In this document: positions 25,321 to 54,440 of the stretch, piece after piece
How positions within the stretch are numbered: the stretch's first letter is position 1
Layout of the letters: every line of letters starts with the position of its first letter
Assembly (NCBI RefSeq): GCF_000315625.1
Contig: NW_005434593.1
Coordinates: 156,259-220,258, forward strand
Length of the DNA: 64,000 bases
Reading direction: 5' to 3'
From: Guillardia theta CCMP2712
Lineage: Eukaryota; Protista; Cryptophyta
Made by a program: the position numbers and the translations under genes
The notes under the pieces: generated by a model
Told to the model about the DNA's origin: nothing
The model's input: the letters and a program-made list of their open reading frames with translations, nothing else
Databases searched by the model: none

Positions 25321-27056
25321 TCCCACCGTACCCTCAAGCCCTCCTATGTGGTGCCAGTGACCCGTGGGCACTCCCCCGCTACTTGACCGTCATGCCTCGG
25401 TCTTTTTTACTCCCGGTCAGCACTGGATTTTACCCCATTGACCCACCCCTCTTTGTATCCCCAGGGGTTCTCAAGAACCCCTTCTTGATAGTCTTTTTCA
25501 AGGTGTAATTAGTGGGTAGGGGTAGCTGGTCTTTGCAATCGTAGAGGAAAGCACCACCCCACCTCACTTTCCCCCTGTCAAAGCACCCCACCACGAGGCC
25601 TAAAAAACAAGTCTACTTGCAGTGGTCTTACGACTCTTTCTTGGTAAACTCAACTTCCATCCCCCGATCTGCGTACCCCTGCGTATTGGACCCCCTAGCT
25701 CATCATGCCGCGAATCACCCGTCCATTTCCCCTTGTTGACATTAGAAAATCGGAACAAATAACACTACCCCTGGGGATATTACCCCACAGAGACATCCCC
25801 CATCGTTAAAATGCATTTCGACCCCTTTTTTCTTTTTTTCTGTCAGCGACAGGATGAAAATACCTGTTTTGAAATCATGCACGAGCCATCCTAACTGATT
25901 CTGAGAGGGGTGTAAAAGTTGGATTCGCTGGCATAGCAGGGGTGGGGGATCCAATTAAGTTACCCGCACAAGAGAAAACCTCTTTAGGACAGGGGTAGGG
26001 TAGTATGACGTGTCCACGTCAAAAATTTGGAGGCAGTTTGCTGACTAAAATTTGATGATTTTTGGGAAAGAGGCCCCGAAACGTTGCAGTTCAGGTACTT
26101 GTTAAAAACTATTTTAGCGCTCCCATTCCAGTACGTCGTAACTGACACCATGAGGGGTTAGATTGGGGGATCCAACTAACAGGGGTGGGTATTTTGAGTG
26201 ATTTTGGTGGTAGGGGTAGTATTGTACTTGGGGTGGGGTGATCAGGACTTGTCTTTATACTGGCAGACAGTTGATCAAGATGGTGATGGGTGGGTACGTT
26301 TTGGTATATTTGGGGGTAGTCCTTACAAGAGGCCATTCAAAGGTTCGTTGAAACCTAATTGGGGTAGGGTGATCATCCTAGATGGAATTTCGACTTGTTT
26401 CTTCTGGAAAACAACCCGGTGGTCATGGATTGTGATGGGGTATAACACGTGGAGTGCATGAAAAACAGGGGTGCTAATTTTTCACTACCGGTGTGGGCTC
26501 GACTATGTTGTGGGGGGTGGGTGGGTGGATAAGTGGGGGAGACTTGCAAGGAGTTTTTTTATGAGAGGTTTCTAGAGACCGCAGAATGATGGGGTGGGTG
26601 TAGGAGAAAGGTCATTGTGAACGGAGGTGGGGTACACTAACATTAATTTCAAGTTAACTTGAAAGTCTGAAATGTACACCAAGTACCGTGTGTTGAACCA
26701 TATAAAGTGGGTGGGGTGCATTAAAATGTTTCAATAATTTACTAAAATTTGTCAGTGGTGGGGTGGTCAGAGCATTGGGGGTGGGGCGATTGCCCAGGGG
26801 TGGGTGTGGAGGCAAGGCGTCGAGCGGCGATGCAAGGCGCGCGTTCTAGGTGCAATGTGCGGTCGGATCAAGATGGAGGAGAGGAGGAGAGGAGGAGAAG
26901 CTGAGTAAAACTTCAAGATCACAGAGGAGAGAGAACTTAAGTGCTGCTAGTTGGCAAGGTTTGTGAGCGTGAGATAGCTTGCTCGAGGAACTTGCTGATT
27001 CTAGAAACTTGCTTTGCTTGTACAGGGAGCTTCGACGGTAACTTGGAGCCGCTTCG

Positions 27057-30000
27057 ATGAGTTTGATACACTGCGCCTGTGAGAAAAGTCATTGTATACC
27101 GAACTTTTCTGCCAAGGATGAGCTGATCGTTTCGCCAAACTCTGTCTGTTTGGATGCGATGGATCAGCATGTCGACTTCCCCTATTTGGATGAGGCCAAC
27201 AGCCTCGAGGAGATGTCGAAGTCGGAGACCTGCGACAAGCACTTCGAGTACAATCACGACATCCTCCGCTTCATCCCGCACTTCCTGAGGAAACCTCGCA
27301 TCTTCAACAAGCACCCCATTGAGGATGGTCCCTGGTGTGAGAAGCGCAAATGCGCCATCATGTTTGCCGACATTTTGGGATTCACTGCACTTACCGAGGG
27401 CCTTGCCAAGAGGGGAGCGGAAGGAGTGGAGAAGATCACGCAGATTCTCAACACGTATTTCAGCCTGCTCATTGACATAGTTCACAGCAATGGAGGGGAT
27501 GTGATCAAGTTTGCGGGGGATGCTCTGCTGGCCCTGTGGGATGCCTCAGACGACGATCTTCTCCTGTCGACCTGCAAGGCGGCCAGCTGCGCTCTTCGCA
27601 TCCAGGAGGAGCTGTCGAGCATGACGAGCCAGGATGGAGTGAAGCTTTCTTTGCGCATCAGTGTCACCTGCGGCGACCTGCACATCGGGATTATGGGGGG
27701 TAACAATGGAAGATGGGAGAGTTTTCTTACTGGGAAGCCGCTCAGAGAAGCTGGAGTTGCGTGTGAGAACTCTTTGCCTGGAGATGTCATGATATCATCG
27801 GACGCGCAATCTTTGCTCGAGTCGATTTCTGTGTCTGTCCTGTCCTCGGGAGGGTTCTTTCACCTCAAGTCGATTTCAGCTCGCCCTGAATCAATGCAAG
27901 ATCTCGACGATTACATGTTTGAGGACGTGCCAGCGAAGCTAAAGAACTTCATTCCTGTCGAGTGTCAGGCTCGGATCGACGCAGGGCAGCTGGGATGGCT
28001 GAACGAGCTTCGCCGTGTCACGGTCGTGTTCGTGAATCTCCCCAACATGAATGAGAACGTGTCCATGGTGGAGGCGCAGCAGATCTTCATTGATCTGCAG
28101 GACATCCTCCACAAGTATGGCGGAAGTTTGAACAAGCTCAGCGTTGACGACAAGGGCATCAGCCTCCTGGCGGGGTTCGGCATGCCGTCCATGACGCACG
28201 GTAACGATGCAGCCAGGGCGGTCTTGGCAGCTCTTCAGATGCACCGGCACGTAAGCATGGCGCAGTGGAGATGTAGCATCGGCATCGCGACGGGGAAAGT
28301 GTTCATCGGGATCATAGGGAGCGAGCAAAGATGCGAGTACACGATGATAGGGGATGCTGTTAATTTCTCGGCCCGGTTGATGCACCGGGCCCGGGGAAAG
28401 ATCCTGTGCGATACCAGCACTAAGAAGGTCTGCAAGGAGGCGGTCATCTTCGGAGAGCCGCTGGTAGAGACGATCAAGGGGAAGGTGAGAAGGGAAGCTT
28501 GTCATGCTGTGCTCGTCACTGACTGGCGATCAGGCCGGGCTGTGTGAGCTGTGGCCCGTGATTCGGCAGCAGAAGGTGACCACAGGCTCCAAGGTGAATT
28601 GCTCAGGGAGCATGATTGGAAGAAAGGAGGAGAGGGAAGTCTTGGCTCAGATGGCCTCCGACATTGCGATGGTGAGCAGATTTACAAGTTTCTCCTCCTC
28701 CTGCATCTTTGATCAGTCTTCAAAGCATTTTCTCTTCTCTCCCTCTCCCTCTCCCTCTCCTTGGTCTCTGATGAGGATTGCTTGCAGCAAAAGGAGAATG
28801 TCAACAAGATCATCTTCGTGGGGGAAGCCGGCCTCGGGAAGACCAGGTTGGCGACTGAGTTCCTCAAGATCGGCAAGGAACGCGGACTCAACTGCTTCCT
28901 TGCTTCTGCGGATGAAGTTCAGATCTCGACACCGTTCCATGTAAGCTTGCCCATGTGCTCGCTTGATGTCTCCTGACCGTCGCCTCCAGCCATGGCGAAG
29001 TATCTTCCAGCACATCCTCGGTGTCGACGAGTTCGGCATGGCGGGGAACGAGTTCAACCGAAGATACAGCGACTCTGGCTTCAAGGCCGATCATCAGGCG
29101 ATGCTCAAGGAGAAGCTGACGGTGATGGGGCTTTCGGAAGCATTTGTCAAGCTCACCCCCCTGCTGGACTCTGTCCTGTCCATCGGGCTCGAGGACAACC
29201 AGAGGACGAGGAAGATGAGGGGGGAGATCAGAGCAAAGAACACTCAGAAGTTCCTGTGTGAGATCCTCCGCCTCTACTGCATGTCCACGTCCTTCGTCCT
29301 GGTCGTCGATGATGGGCAGTGGTTTGACTCCATGTCTTGGGCGCTCATCTCCCTTGTCTCCAAGATCGTCCCGACGTTCCACGTGGTGCTGTTCACGAGG
29401 CCGATGCCGTCCCCTCAGCCGACAGAGTTCAAGAACTTCGAGATGACGTGCACGAGGTACGTCCTTCAGTCCATGACCGACGAGGACTGTGTGCAGCTCG
29501 TCGTTCAGATCCTCGGAGTCGACAAGCTCCCCTTGGCGATCGAGGACCTGATCCGGGACAGAGCTCAGGGCAGCCCTCTCTTCAGCTCCGAGCTGGCGCT
29601 CTCCCTGAGGGAGTCGCTCAACGCCAGCGGGGAGAATCTGAGCAGTCAGCTGGACGAGTTGGACCTGTCAAACTTCACCGTCTCCGACACGATCGAGGGG
29701 CTGATCACTAGCAGGATCGACAGGCTGACGGCGTCGCAGCAGCTGACGCTCAAGGTGGCCAGCGTGATAGGAAGGGAGTTCGACTTCCTGCTGCTGATTC
29801 AGATCCATCCAACGGAGAACGAGTCCTCGATCGAGAGTGACCTAGACGTGCTGAGGTACCACGAGCTCATCACTCCCTGCCGGAATGGAAGAGAGACTAG
29901 TTACATCTTCAAGCACGCTGCCATCCAGGAGATCAGCTACTCCCTCCTACCCGAGTCCCGCAAGATCGAGCTCCACTCCAGGGTACGCTTCCTCCTCCTC

Positions 30001-31466
30001 CTCCTCCTCCTCCTCCTCCTCCTCCTCCTCCTCCCCTTCCCTTCCTCTTCTCCTCAACCCCCCACCCTCCTCTCCTTGTCGTCAGTCCTTGCTGACCTCT
30101 TGCTCCCCAGGTCGTAGAAGTCCTCGAGTTGCAGCACGGCAACGTTCACATCACGCTGCATCCCATCCTCGCTCAGCACTGCGAGAAGGCGAAGATCTGG
30201 GACAAAGCCCTCCGCTACCTCTCGAGCTCAGGAGGAGAGGCGCTAAGGAACCGTGCTCACATCGAGGCCATCGACTGGTTCAAGAGGGCGCTGCATGCTC
30301 AGACGCTGAGCAGTGCCATGACCACTGAGGAGAGGGCGAGTCTTTACCAGAAGCTGGGAGAGGCCCAGTTCCTGACGGGCGACTTCCACTCGTGCCAACT
30401 GAGCTTCAAGCAAGCACTTGAGCTCGTCGGCCGCGCCATCCCTTCCTCCCGCCACGGCTACTGGCTGGGCTGCGTCAAGGCTGCTGTGGAGTTTGTGCTG
30501 ATATGGCTGTTCCCTCGGCTGTGGAGGAGGGGGACGAAGGAGGGTTACCTACACCTGATCCAGATCTACGAGCGGCTGTTCCACTTCTACTACTACCTGG
30601 GGAACCCTCTGAAGGCGCTCTACTTCACCCTTCAGATGTTGAAGGTCTCCGTGCTCAAGGAAGCGACTACCTGCCGTCGCCTCTCTTTCACCTCCATGCT
30701 CGGCCTCGCCCTGCAGGTGTTCGGCATGCGCTCGATTTCTAGCTGGGTGATCAAACAGAGCCTGGAGGGGATCAACGCGCAATCTGACGTGTCGTCACAA
30801 GCGAAGATCCTGCTGTGGGGAGGCGTTCACAAGTTCTCGCTGGGGAGGACGGACGAGAGCGCCGTGCTCTTCAAGCAGTCGCTGGAGTTCGGAAGGAGGA
30901 TAGGGGATCAGAGGACGGTGGACGAGGTGTCGTTCAACTACGGGCTGCAGAAGTACATGCTGAACCAGTACGAGTGCGCCAAGTTATGGGCGCAGAAGAT
31001 AAGGACGTCGACGGAGAAGAGAAACAACTGGCAGGGGGAGCTGTGGGGCCTCTGCCTTGAGATTGCATGTGAAGTTCGACTGGAGAGGCTGAGCAGAGAC
31101 GCTCTCCTGTCTCTCCTGTCCCGCCTCGCGGACCACCTCAGGTTCTCCAACAGGGCCATCCCCTCGGATACCCTCCTGGGAATGTCGGTAATGGCCATGG
31201 GATGGCTCAAGGTCGGGGAGAGGACAAAGGCGCTTGCTTGCTGCTCGACCGTTGGCGCGATCCTCAGGGACTACAGACCTGTGTCGATCCATACGTCTTG
31301 GGCTCTCATGACGCTTTCGGGGGTGGTGAAGCGGCTGCAGGAGGGAGAGGAGGGGAGCAGGGAGGAACTGCAGGAGCTGAAGAGAAGCATCGAGCTCGTG
31401 CTTCGGCGATCGTTGAGGAACTTTCAGATCCTTACGATGAGGAAGGAGGCGGTAGAGAAGTGCTGA
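27057..31466 (+). CDS. Soluble adenylyl cyclase (ADCY10-like): two cyclase domains + STAND P-loop NTPase + TPR-like helical region; about 4 introns
   Basis: IMFADILGFT, VIKFAGDAL, NKLSVDDKG, EYTMIGDAVNFSARL; Walker A GEAGLGKT; VLVVDDGQWFD; QGSPLF; LKVASVIGREF; FKHAAIQE. Confidence 0.92.
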
Positions 31467-31691
31467 GAGGAGGGAGAGGGACGAGGAGAGAGCGAGTGTA
31501 TGATAGCAGAGATGTAGCATACGGAGGGGATGATGTAGATTTACAATGAACGCTTGAGAGCGATCTGGAACCTGAGGATTATGGTACAGGGGGAAAGGAA
31601 GGACCAAGGGAGTTGGGGAAGGGGAGGGGAGTGGAGGATTGGGAAGGAACCGGAAGAAGAGGAGGGGGAACCGGGGAGGAGGAGGAGAGCT

Positions 31692-47292
<15,601 letters not shown>

Positions 47293-47577
47293 AAGGTCCG
47301 CGCTCCATAATCAAGACTTCTTTTTCGTGTTCATCATCGTCATCGCCTGTGTGGTTCATAAAACCTCCCTTCGTCACTTTTGAACATGTATAAAATCCTC
47401 CTCGTCCTCGTCCTCCTCGTCCTCGTCCTCCTCGTCCTCGTCCTCCTCGTCCTCGTCCTGGGTGGCGTCAAGTTGTCAACAATCTCATGCTGATATATTC
47501 CTCTCGCTCTCCCACCGCCATCCCCCACCGCAACTGCCTAGTCAAATCAAGAAAAAAACAATCACACCCTACAATTA

Positions 47578-47660
47578 TTTTACTTACCCTTACCTTTACA
47601 GTACAATACTTTACTTACCCTTACTTTCACAGTACAATACTTTACTTACCTTTACTTTCA
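47578..47660. repeat. ~31-bp tandem repeat x2.5 (TACTTACCCTTACYTTYACAGTACAATACTT) near the left end of the Crypton
   Basis: Directly visible units starting at ~47581, ~47612, ~47643. Confidence 0.85.
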
Positions 47661-47778
47661 ACCCACCCGTCACACTAGTACCCCTAGTTTGAACCCCATT
47701 TGGGGGTAGGGGTGCAACATCCTTTCAGCGGCACCTGTGGGGTTGGCAGGTTGCGGCGCGAACAACGGAAGCATAGCT

Positions 47779-50746
47779 ATGCCTGGCGCGGAGGGGATCA
47801 TCTCACGTAGTACGGAAGAAGTTGAAGTGACGGCAGAAGAGGATCGGGGGGGCTCCGGGGATGAGGTGATGGAAGAGGTTCATCCTTCAACGGGGTCAGT
47901 GGTAGCAGGGGAACAGGCCATTCCAGCTGTCTCTGTCGAAGAGGACGGAGATGTCTTGCAACGTGAAGATCCATTCGCCGATCCATCGCCGGAGCAGCCT
48001 ATGGCGCAGCGAGGTAGCAAGCGTCCTCAATACAGCCGTGCTGTTTTGTGTGTGCAACGGCAGGATCGGGACTCTGAAGAATTCAACCGTGCACGTACAC
48101 GTGCACGCATTCAGCACAACAGTGTGTCGGAGAATACTAGAGAGGTGTATATGAATTACATGATACGCTTCATAGAATGGTTGTACGCGAATGACGAGTA
48201 TTATGCTCTCATAACAGATGAATTCAAAACGAACATGCGTGAAAAACATGAAAAATTCTTGAACGGATCTGATGAGGTGACAGAGCCGGCGATGACTGAG
48301 GAGAGTATGCCAACTACAACTTACATCAAGAGCGTAATATTACAGAATACAATTCATCCCATCTATTTTGAAAAATTCACGCCAGTCATGTTTCTTGACT
48401 GGGTGACCCATAAAGTTCAACAAAACCCAGATTAACAATCCAAACATGCTCGTCGTACAAGTCAGGATTGATGCACATGCTCAAGAATTACGGGGTTACA
48501 CTGAGCACGGAGGCGGTGAAAACATTGAGCAGTGACTTCAGAGGATTGAAGCGAACATTGAATCTTTCTGAATCTTGCAACCAAAACGCAGCAGTGACAA
48601 CCGGCAAGGTTCCGTTGTCATACGATTTGTACTCAGTATTGGCAAAGGTTATGCTACAGAAACCAGAAAGAGAATATGTTTGGGCCAGAACCTTTCTGAT
48701 TCTGGCATGGAATTTGATGTCCAGATCCAGAAACGTATGCACACTGTTGTACGATGACATGGAATTTTTCGGGGATGCCTTGCGATTCTACGTAATTAAC
48801 TCGAAAAATGATCAGGCTGGTCAGAAATCGCGGAATCCAAAGCATGTCTATAGCAACGTGTGTTCACCTGAAGTATGTCCTCTGCTAGCACTGGGTGAGT
48901 AGCGGTTGGGGGGGGGGGAACATTGGCATGACATATCACAGGCGTCTACTTCTGCTGTTACGGATTTAATCATACTGCAAGCGGTGGGCGTCTGTTCCCA
49001 GGTGAGGTTGCCTTGTGGTCATCATGTGTTGTTGATCACGAGCATCAGGTACAAACCAGAATGACAGATTTCGAAAGCTATTCTGCAACAGACTTCTCCT
49101 TGAGGATGAGGAAGTAGCTGCTGCAATTCACGGGAAGGGTTTGAATGCAAACGAGATCGGTAACACGCTTCATCCCAAAAGACATGATGAATCGAGTTGA
49201 CGTTTGTGCAGGGAGTCACTCTATTCGGAAAGGAGCGTCGACCTTCTGTGCCAGTGGGAGCACTTCTTGCCCGAGCCTAGCAGCGATAAGCATTCGAGCA
49301 GAGTGGAAGCTTGGGACAATTTACGACACGCACCTGAAGTATGAAGCAGCGTCTGACTGCTACGTTGGACGGACAGTGTGCGGTCTCCCCATGAATCATG
49401 CAGACTTCGGCATCTTGCCACCATTCTTCAAATGTGAAAGCAGGGAAAGCAGAATGCAAGTAGACAGAGTCATAGATCAACTTTTCCCCAACCTGGATGC
49501 GAAGAAGAAGTATGTTGCAGAGCAGGCTATTGCGGCGGTGGTTTACCACCAGGATTGGTTGAGAAGGAACATGCCAGGAAATCATCCTCTATTCGATACA
49601 GAGCTCTTTTCATATCATGAATTTCTACCATTGTTGAGCCGATACATTTCAATGGACGTGAACGGCAGAAAACCCACTGGTTTGCCTCCTCATGTCATGA
49701 CAATCCGATCAATGGAGGAAATGAAAGGGGCCGTAGACGGCATGAACCTGAACATTGCCGAGATGAGAGGGTCTATCAATCACTTGACAAAAACAAATGC
49801 AACAATAGAGGAGAAACTTGCAACCTGCTTCCGCACTTCAGCTGATTCAATCTTTCGATCGATTGAAGAGAATCCTCCGCTAGCCGATTTGTTGGAGCAT
49901 GGAGGAACAGATACGGATGCAGGCGTGAAGGCAGCAGCGGAGGATACCCTGAAGCATTTGATTGAGGTAGTATGGAGAATGTATGATTTCGTGACGAAAA
50001 CAAGGGAAAGAGATGGCGAATGGAGAGAGGAAATGAATGCGAAGATGCAAGGAATGCAGCAGTGCCTGGTAGGGATACAGAATACAATTGAAGAGGTGAA
50101 ATGCTCTATGAAGAAGTTGGAAGAAGGCATGAAACATATTCAGAGAGCGGTAAGTCTTTCACAGGAGAGTATGGGTGTGCGCAGGAGATCAGGCGTAAGG
50201 AATAGAACTTCGACACGGGAAGGGGCTCGGTGCAGAGTGACGGAGGATCGGGAGATGGAGGATGGGATGGAAGATGCTGAAGACAGCGATGGCGGCGAGG
50301 TTGATGACGGAAACAGGCAAACAGTGAATGACAACACAGTGCAAGGGGACGAGAGCAGCTTAATTCCCACCAGTTTCGAATGGGTGAAGGCGAATACAAG
50401 AGCGATTTTCACACAATGGCATTTCGGAAACAGGGAGAAAGGATATCCTGCTTACAAAACCTTGAAGCCTCGCCATTTCTACACCAAAGATCAAAAGAAG
50501 AGATTCAGTGACTTGCGGTACCTTGTGAGGGAAATAGAAATAGAAGCCAGAGCACTGGGGGTGTATGTGGAGCAACCGGACGGGGTAGACGAAGCAGGGT
50601 TTATGTATGATCAGTGTGAAAACTTTCTGATGGACGTGTACAAGGACGCAAGAGGAGAATCGGACGCGACGTCAAGGTTTAGCCATTTGTCGTGGATGAC
50701 GGTGGTGGACTTGCTTAGGAAGAGCGGGCGAGGACGAAAAGTGTAG
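47779..50746 (+). pseudogene. Crypton tyrosine recombinase, three short introns, probably inactive
   Basis: Frameshift/stop at ~48430-48435; CAC (His) at 49331-49333 at the presumed catalytic Tyr position; GT-AG introns at ~48895, ~49002, ~49160. Confidence 0.75.
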
Positions 50747-51175
50747 AGATGTTTTGGTGTAGTTGCTAGTGTAATACATGAATGTGCGTTGCAGAAGAGC
50801 TCAGTGTGTGTAGGCGATGTCCACTGTAATGTCAATACATGCAAGTGAAATACCAAAGAATTGGGGTGAAGAAAGGCCATGTTCATCTGTACAAATGAAA
50901 GGTTATCTATTGTGATTACAAGTGAAAGATGTGTAGAAGTATTGTACAACTATGCCTAGAATGATTCTAAGACATGATGTGATGTAGCACACACCATCAT
51001 CCTTCCTGTAAGGCGGCGTCGTTGCTGCATTATCGTGCTTCCTGCATTCGAACGTATACTTAACTGAGCAAGGTAGGAAGGAGATCGGCATTTTCTTTCG
51101 TGTTCATTTACATCATACTGTACAAAATGATCGCAACAGATGGAAAAGCAAAGGAGGAAAAGGAGCAATCGGGTT

Positions 51176-53524
51176 TCACTCCGGTGGGGTCCATGGGTTC
51201 CAATTCTCTTCCACGATGCTGCTCTGCCTGCGCTTCGGCTCCCTCTCGATTTCTTCCAGCTCCTCATTTCGCTCCGCCTCTCCCTCCACCTCCACCTCCT
51301 GCACCTCCTCGTCCTCCTCGTCGGCTACCTGAGCACTGGAGCAGCATGGAAAGCATGATCTCTTCCCAGCAGACTTGCGAGCCTTCTTCCTGTGCTGCTT
51401 CGAAGCGCTCTTCCTGAACTCCTTCAACTCCGCATTCCTCCTCTCGATCAGCTCACGGACCTTGTCCAGCACAGTCTGTGTCCTCAGCGTCGCCTCGTCG
51501 GAGGACACGACATTCAGAGCCTCAATCATGAACGCTACCGTGACGTTGAAGAAGGTTGAGGTGCTCATGAAGATCCAGATCATGGTGAAGGCGATGCCTG
51601 CGTCCCCAATCTCCTCCTGCAGCTTGATGAAGTCCAGATGGCCGTACATGCCAAGGATCAAGGATTGACAAGATCGGGTGATGGAAGAAAATTGCTCCGA
51701 GGTCTCGCCGAAGAGCATGTATCCCATGATCCCATAGCCAAACCAGAGGGGGCAGAAGATGGCGCCGAGGGAAACAAACTCGAAGAAGCCGTGCTCTAGA
51801 GCCTTGGTGTACAGGAGCAGGTTCTTGTGGATGCAGATGTACTTTAGCAGCTTGAACCAGAGCAAGAATGCAATCAGCCCAGCAACCTGGTCTTCGATGA
51901 AATAACTCTTCGCAAGAGATCGCAACCTCGATAGCAACGAGTTGTAGTCTGACTTCTGGTAGATCATGATTTGATAGGAGATGTAATTCGCCAGCTTCAA
52001 GAACCCAAAGAGCACGAACAGCAAGATATTGGTAAGCTCGACGTAACCCCATCCTGGTGTTCGATATTTCTTCAGCCCATTTCTCCTGCAGCTATCGAGC
52101 TCTTCAAATGCGTAATAGATCACCATCAAGAATACAAGGGCGAGCATGGCAATCCTTATCAGCCCGCTGAAAGATCCCATGTCGTACCGACTGGGTACTA
52201 TGGTGTCTGAGGACTGATGTATGATGGTTGCTCCGTTGGAAAGCAGCTCAAACGCCACATCTGACAAGACGAAGAATTGCATCTCAAGATTGTAGACTGC
52301 AAACGCCACAAGGACGAATCTTGTCTTGGCGTCGACCCACTGGTTTGCGATGAGGGACTCGATAGTGGCGGCAGCGTCGGCTGAAGTGAAACTCGCCACG
52401 AACCCACTCGCTGGATATGTGCCGCTGACGCCTGTGAAGCCAGCAAGAGCAGAAGACCGGTACTTGAAGAAGGGAAGGGATCCAGCCTGGGTCGGCGCGA
52501 CGTCGTTGGCTATCGTAAAAGTCTGAGCTTCTGCCTCCGGGTTCCAAGGAGGATAGCATGCTCCATCTGCGATGAGGCCCTGCTTGACCAAGTTTGCATG
52601 GATCTTGGAGCATTTTCCTTCAGAGATGCGGTTTTGAATGATTTCAATTCTTCCTGTCAAGGCATTTCCAAGGATCATTCCATCAGTCCCCGGCATTGTG
52701 TAATTCGTCCAGAAAGCCATGCATGAGGGACATGCTGTCTGACTGCCAAAGTTTCGTAGAAACTTGGTGATGTCGTCTGACGAGCTGAGAACAAACATAT
52801 CATGTCAAAGGAAGGACACACAGAATATGGCAAAGAGTCAAGACACCTGACGTTTTGCAAGGACCTCTGAACAAAATCGACGAAGATGCTTTTCATTTCG
52901 ATCTTTTCGCGATTGTTCCTCCCAGAGTACAGCGAGTACGTGAAGGCAAAAACAAGCACAAGGTATATGGCTACTTCTTTCAACCAGTCTTTCAACACAA
53001 GGCCGTCCCCCATTTCCCTCAAGGCCAAGTTTGATACCCAATTCTGGTCAATCCACTGGCCACCAGCCATGGAGGCTTCTTGCTCTTTGACCTCCTCTAG
53101 CTTCTTGCTCGCTTCATATCTTGCTGCAATCTTTCGCTTCTTTGCTTCAAACCTGCATTGTCACTATGAGCACTCCACCAGCAAGCCTCTCTCACAGCTC
53201 AAGATAGAGAGGATGTTCCAACCATCTAGCTCACCTGGATCTGTCTATCTTGCCAAACGTGTGAACGTCGGAAGCACCTTTATAGTGATTCTTGTCCGCC
53301 TTTCCCAACATCTCCAACTCCGCAAACTCTCTTAACCGCTGTACAACATCGTGTGTTTCCTCCTCCATGTGCTCTACCTCATCACTCCCGCCGTCTCGCT
53401 CTTCTTCCGCTGTCTTCTCATGCTCTCCGCCACCGTCTGCTCTCATGATCAGCATCGCGCGTCCCTTGCCCTGCAGCGTCGCCTCCGCCTGCGCCCTCAG
53501 GCGCTGCATGCCAAGTCGCTCCAT
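51176..53524 (-). CDS. Polycystin-2 / TRPP-like cation channel (about 3 exons)
   Basis: S1 (EVAIYLVLVFAFT), polycystin domain (GTYPASGF...WVDAKTRFVLVAFAVYN...FELLSNG), S2-S6 (WGYVEL, WFKLLKY, GYMLFG..SEQFSS). Confidence 0.9.
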
Positions 53525-53549
53525 AGCGCAGCCTTGTAGGAGGCGGCCC

Positions 53550-54440
53550 GTTGACGCCGGACGGTCCGACTGCCAACCTCAACAAGTTCGGCCCGGGCCG
53601 CCGGGCCGACAGCAGTGCGGCGGCAGTAACTTCGGGACTCCCGGAGCCTCTCACTGTCACTGAGACTCAGGCCGCGCACTGGTGACTCCGGAATCCGCCG
53701 ATGCAAAATCAGTTGACGGACGTTCAGCGGCGTCATATGATGAGGCAATGGGCTGACCGGCGGCCCGCGGTCCCGGTCCGATCACAACGGACCGTGCTAA
53801 CCGTAACCGTTGAACTGAGTTCCGAGCCTGGCAGGCGGCCGTCTCTGCCAGGATAATCTTCTTGCTGACGATTGTTTCGCTCCAACTGTTCATGAAACCG
53901 GGTTCTAAATTTGGATGCCGGTCAGTTCTACTTCCGGTACCGTACTATTCCTTGATCATTTCGGAACACGGTTTTGTAAGGGCGGCCGCTGGGAAGACCG
54001 ACGGTGGCCCGCCGGGCCCGGTGAACTTGCCCCGGCAGAGCCTCGGAGCCTGCCATGGATGATCGGCGGAGGGCCGGGTCCTCCTGGCGGCCCCGGCCGG
54101 GGATGGCTCAGGCCGGGCACTAAGCCTCGGAGTGCTGAGCGGCCGGGCCGCCGTGACTCAGCGGCCAGTCACCGTACAGCCGGCGGCGCCCGCGGCCGCG
54201 GACCGACCGCCCCGCCGGCCGCCCCGGCCGGGCCGGGCCGCGTTTCCGCCGTCACTGACCAGTCTCCTCGGAGTCAGCGGCCGCAGGCTGCGGCGGATCA
54301 GGAATCGGAGGATTCAACGAATCCGAGCCGGCGTAACGAGACGGTGACCGGAAGTTTCAATCACCACACACTACTGACTCGAGTAGTAAAGAGCCAGAGA
54401 CTCGACTTCCCGGCCTGATTTTTACTCAAAGTTAAGTGAA
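53550..54440. repeat. GC/CpG-rich island upstream of the PKD2-like gene
   Basis: Same vocabulary; ends in TTTACTCAAAGTTAAGT. Confidence 0.5.

Larger units (their letters stand above)
47520..51000 (+). mobile_element. Crypton-type tyrosine-recombinase DNA transposon (boundaries approximate)
   Basis: Lower-GC block encoding LAWNLMSRS, SKNDQ, HVYSN..PEVCPLLALG, GSHSIRKGA, RAEW, YVGRTVCGLP and a C-terminal GCR1_C-like domain; no TIRs seen. Confidence 0.85.

Noticed and set aside
25360-26801. Possible MITE with TIRs ACCCGTGGGCACTC / GATTGCCCAGGGGT
   Set aside because: Only 12/14 match in skewed sequence and no target-site duplication found
47578-47660. 31-bp repeats as a CRISPR array
   Set aside because: Head-to-tail with no spacers; eukaryotic context; no cas genes
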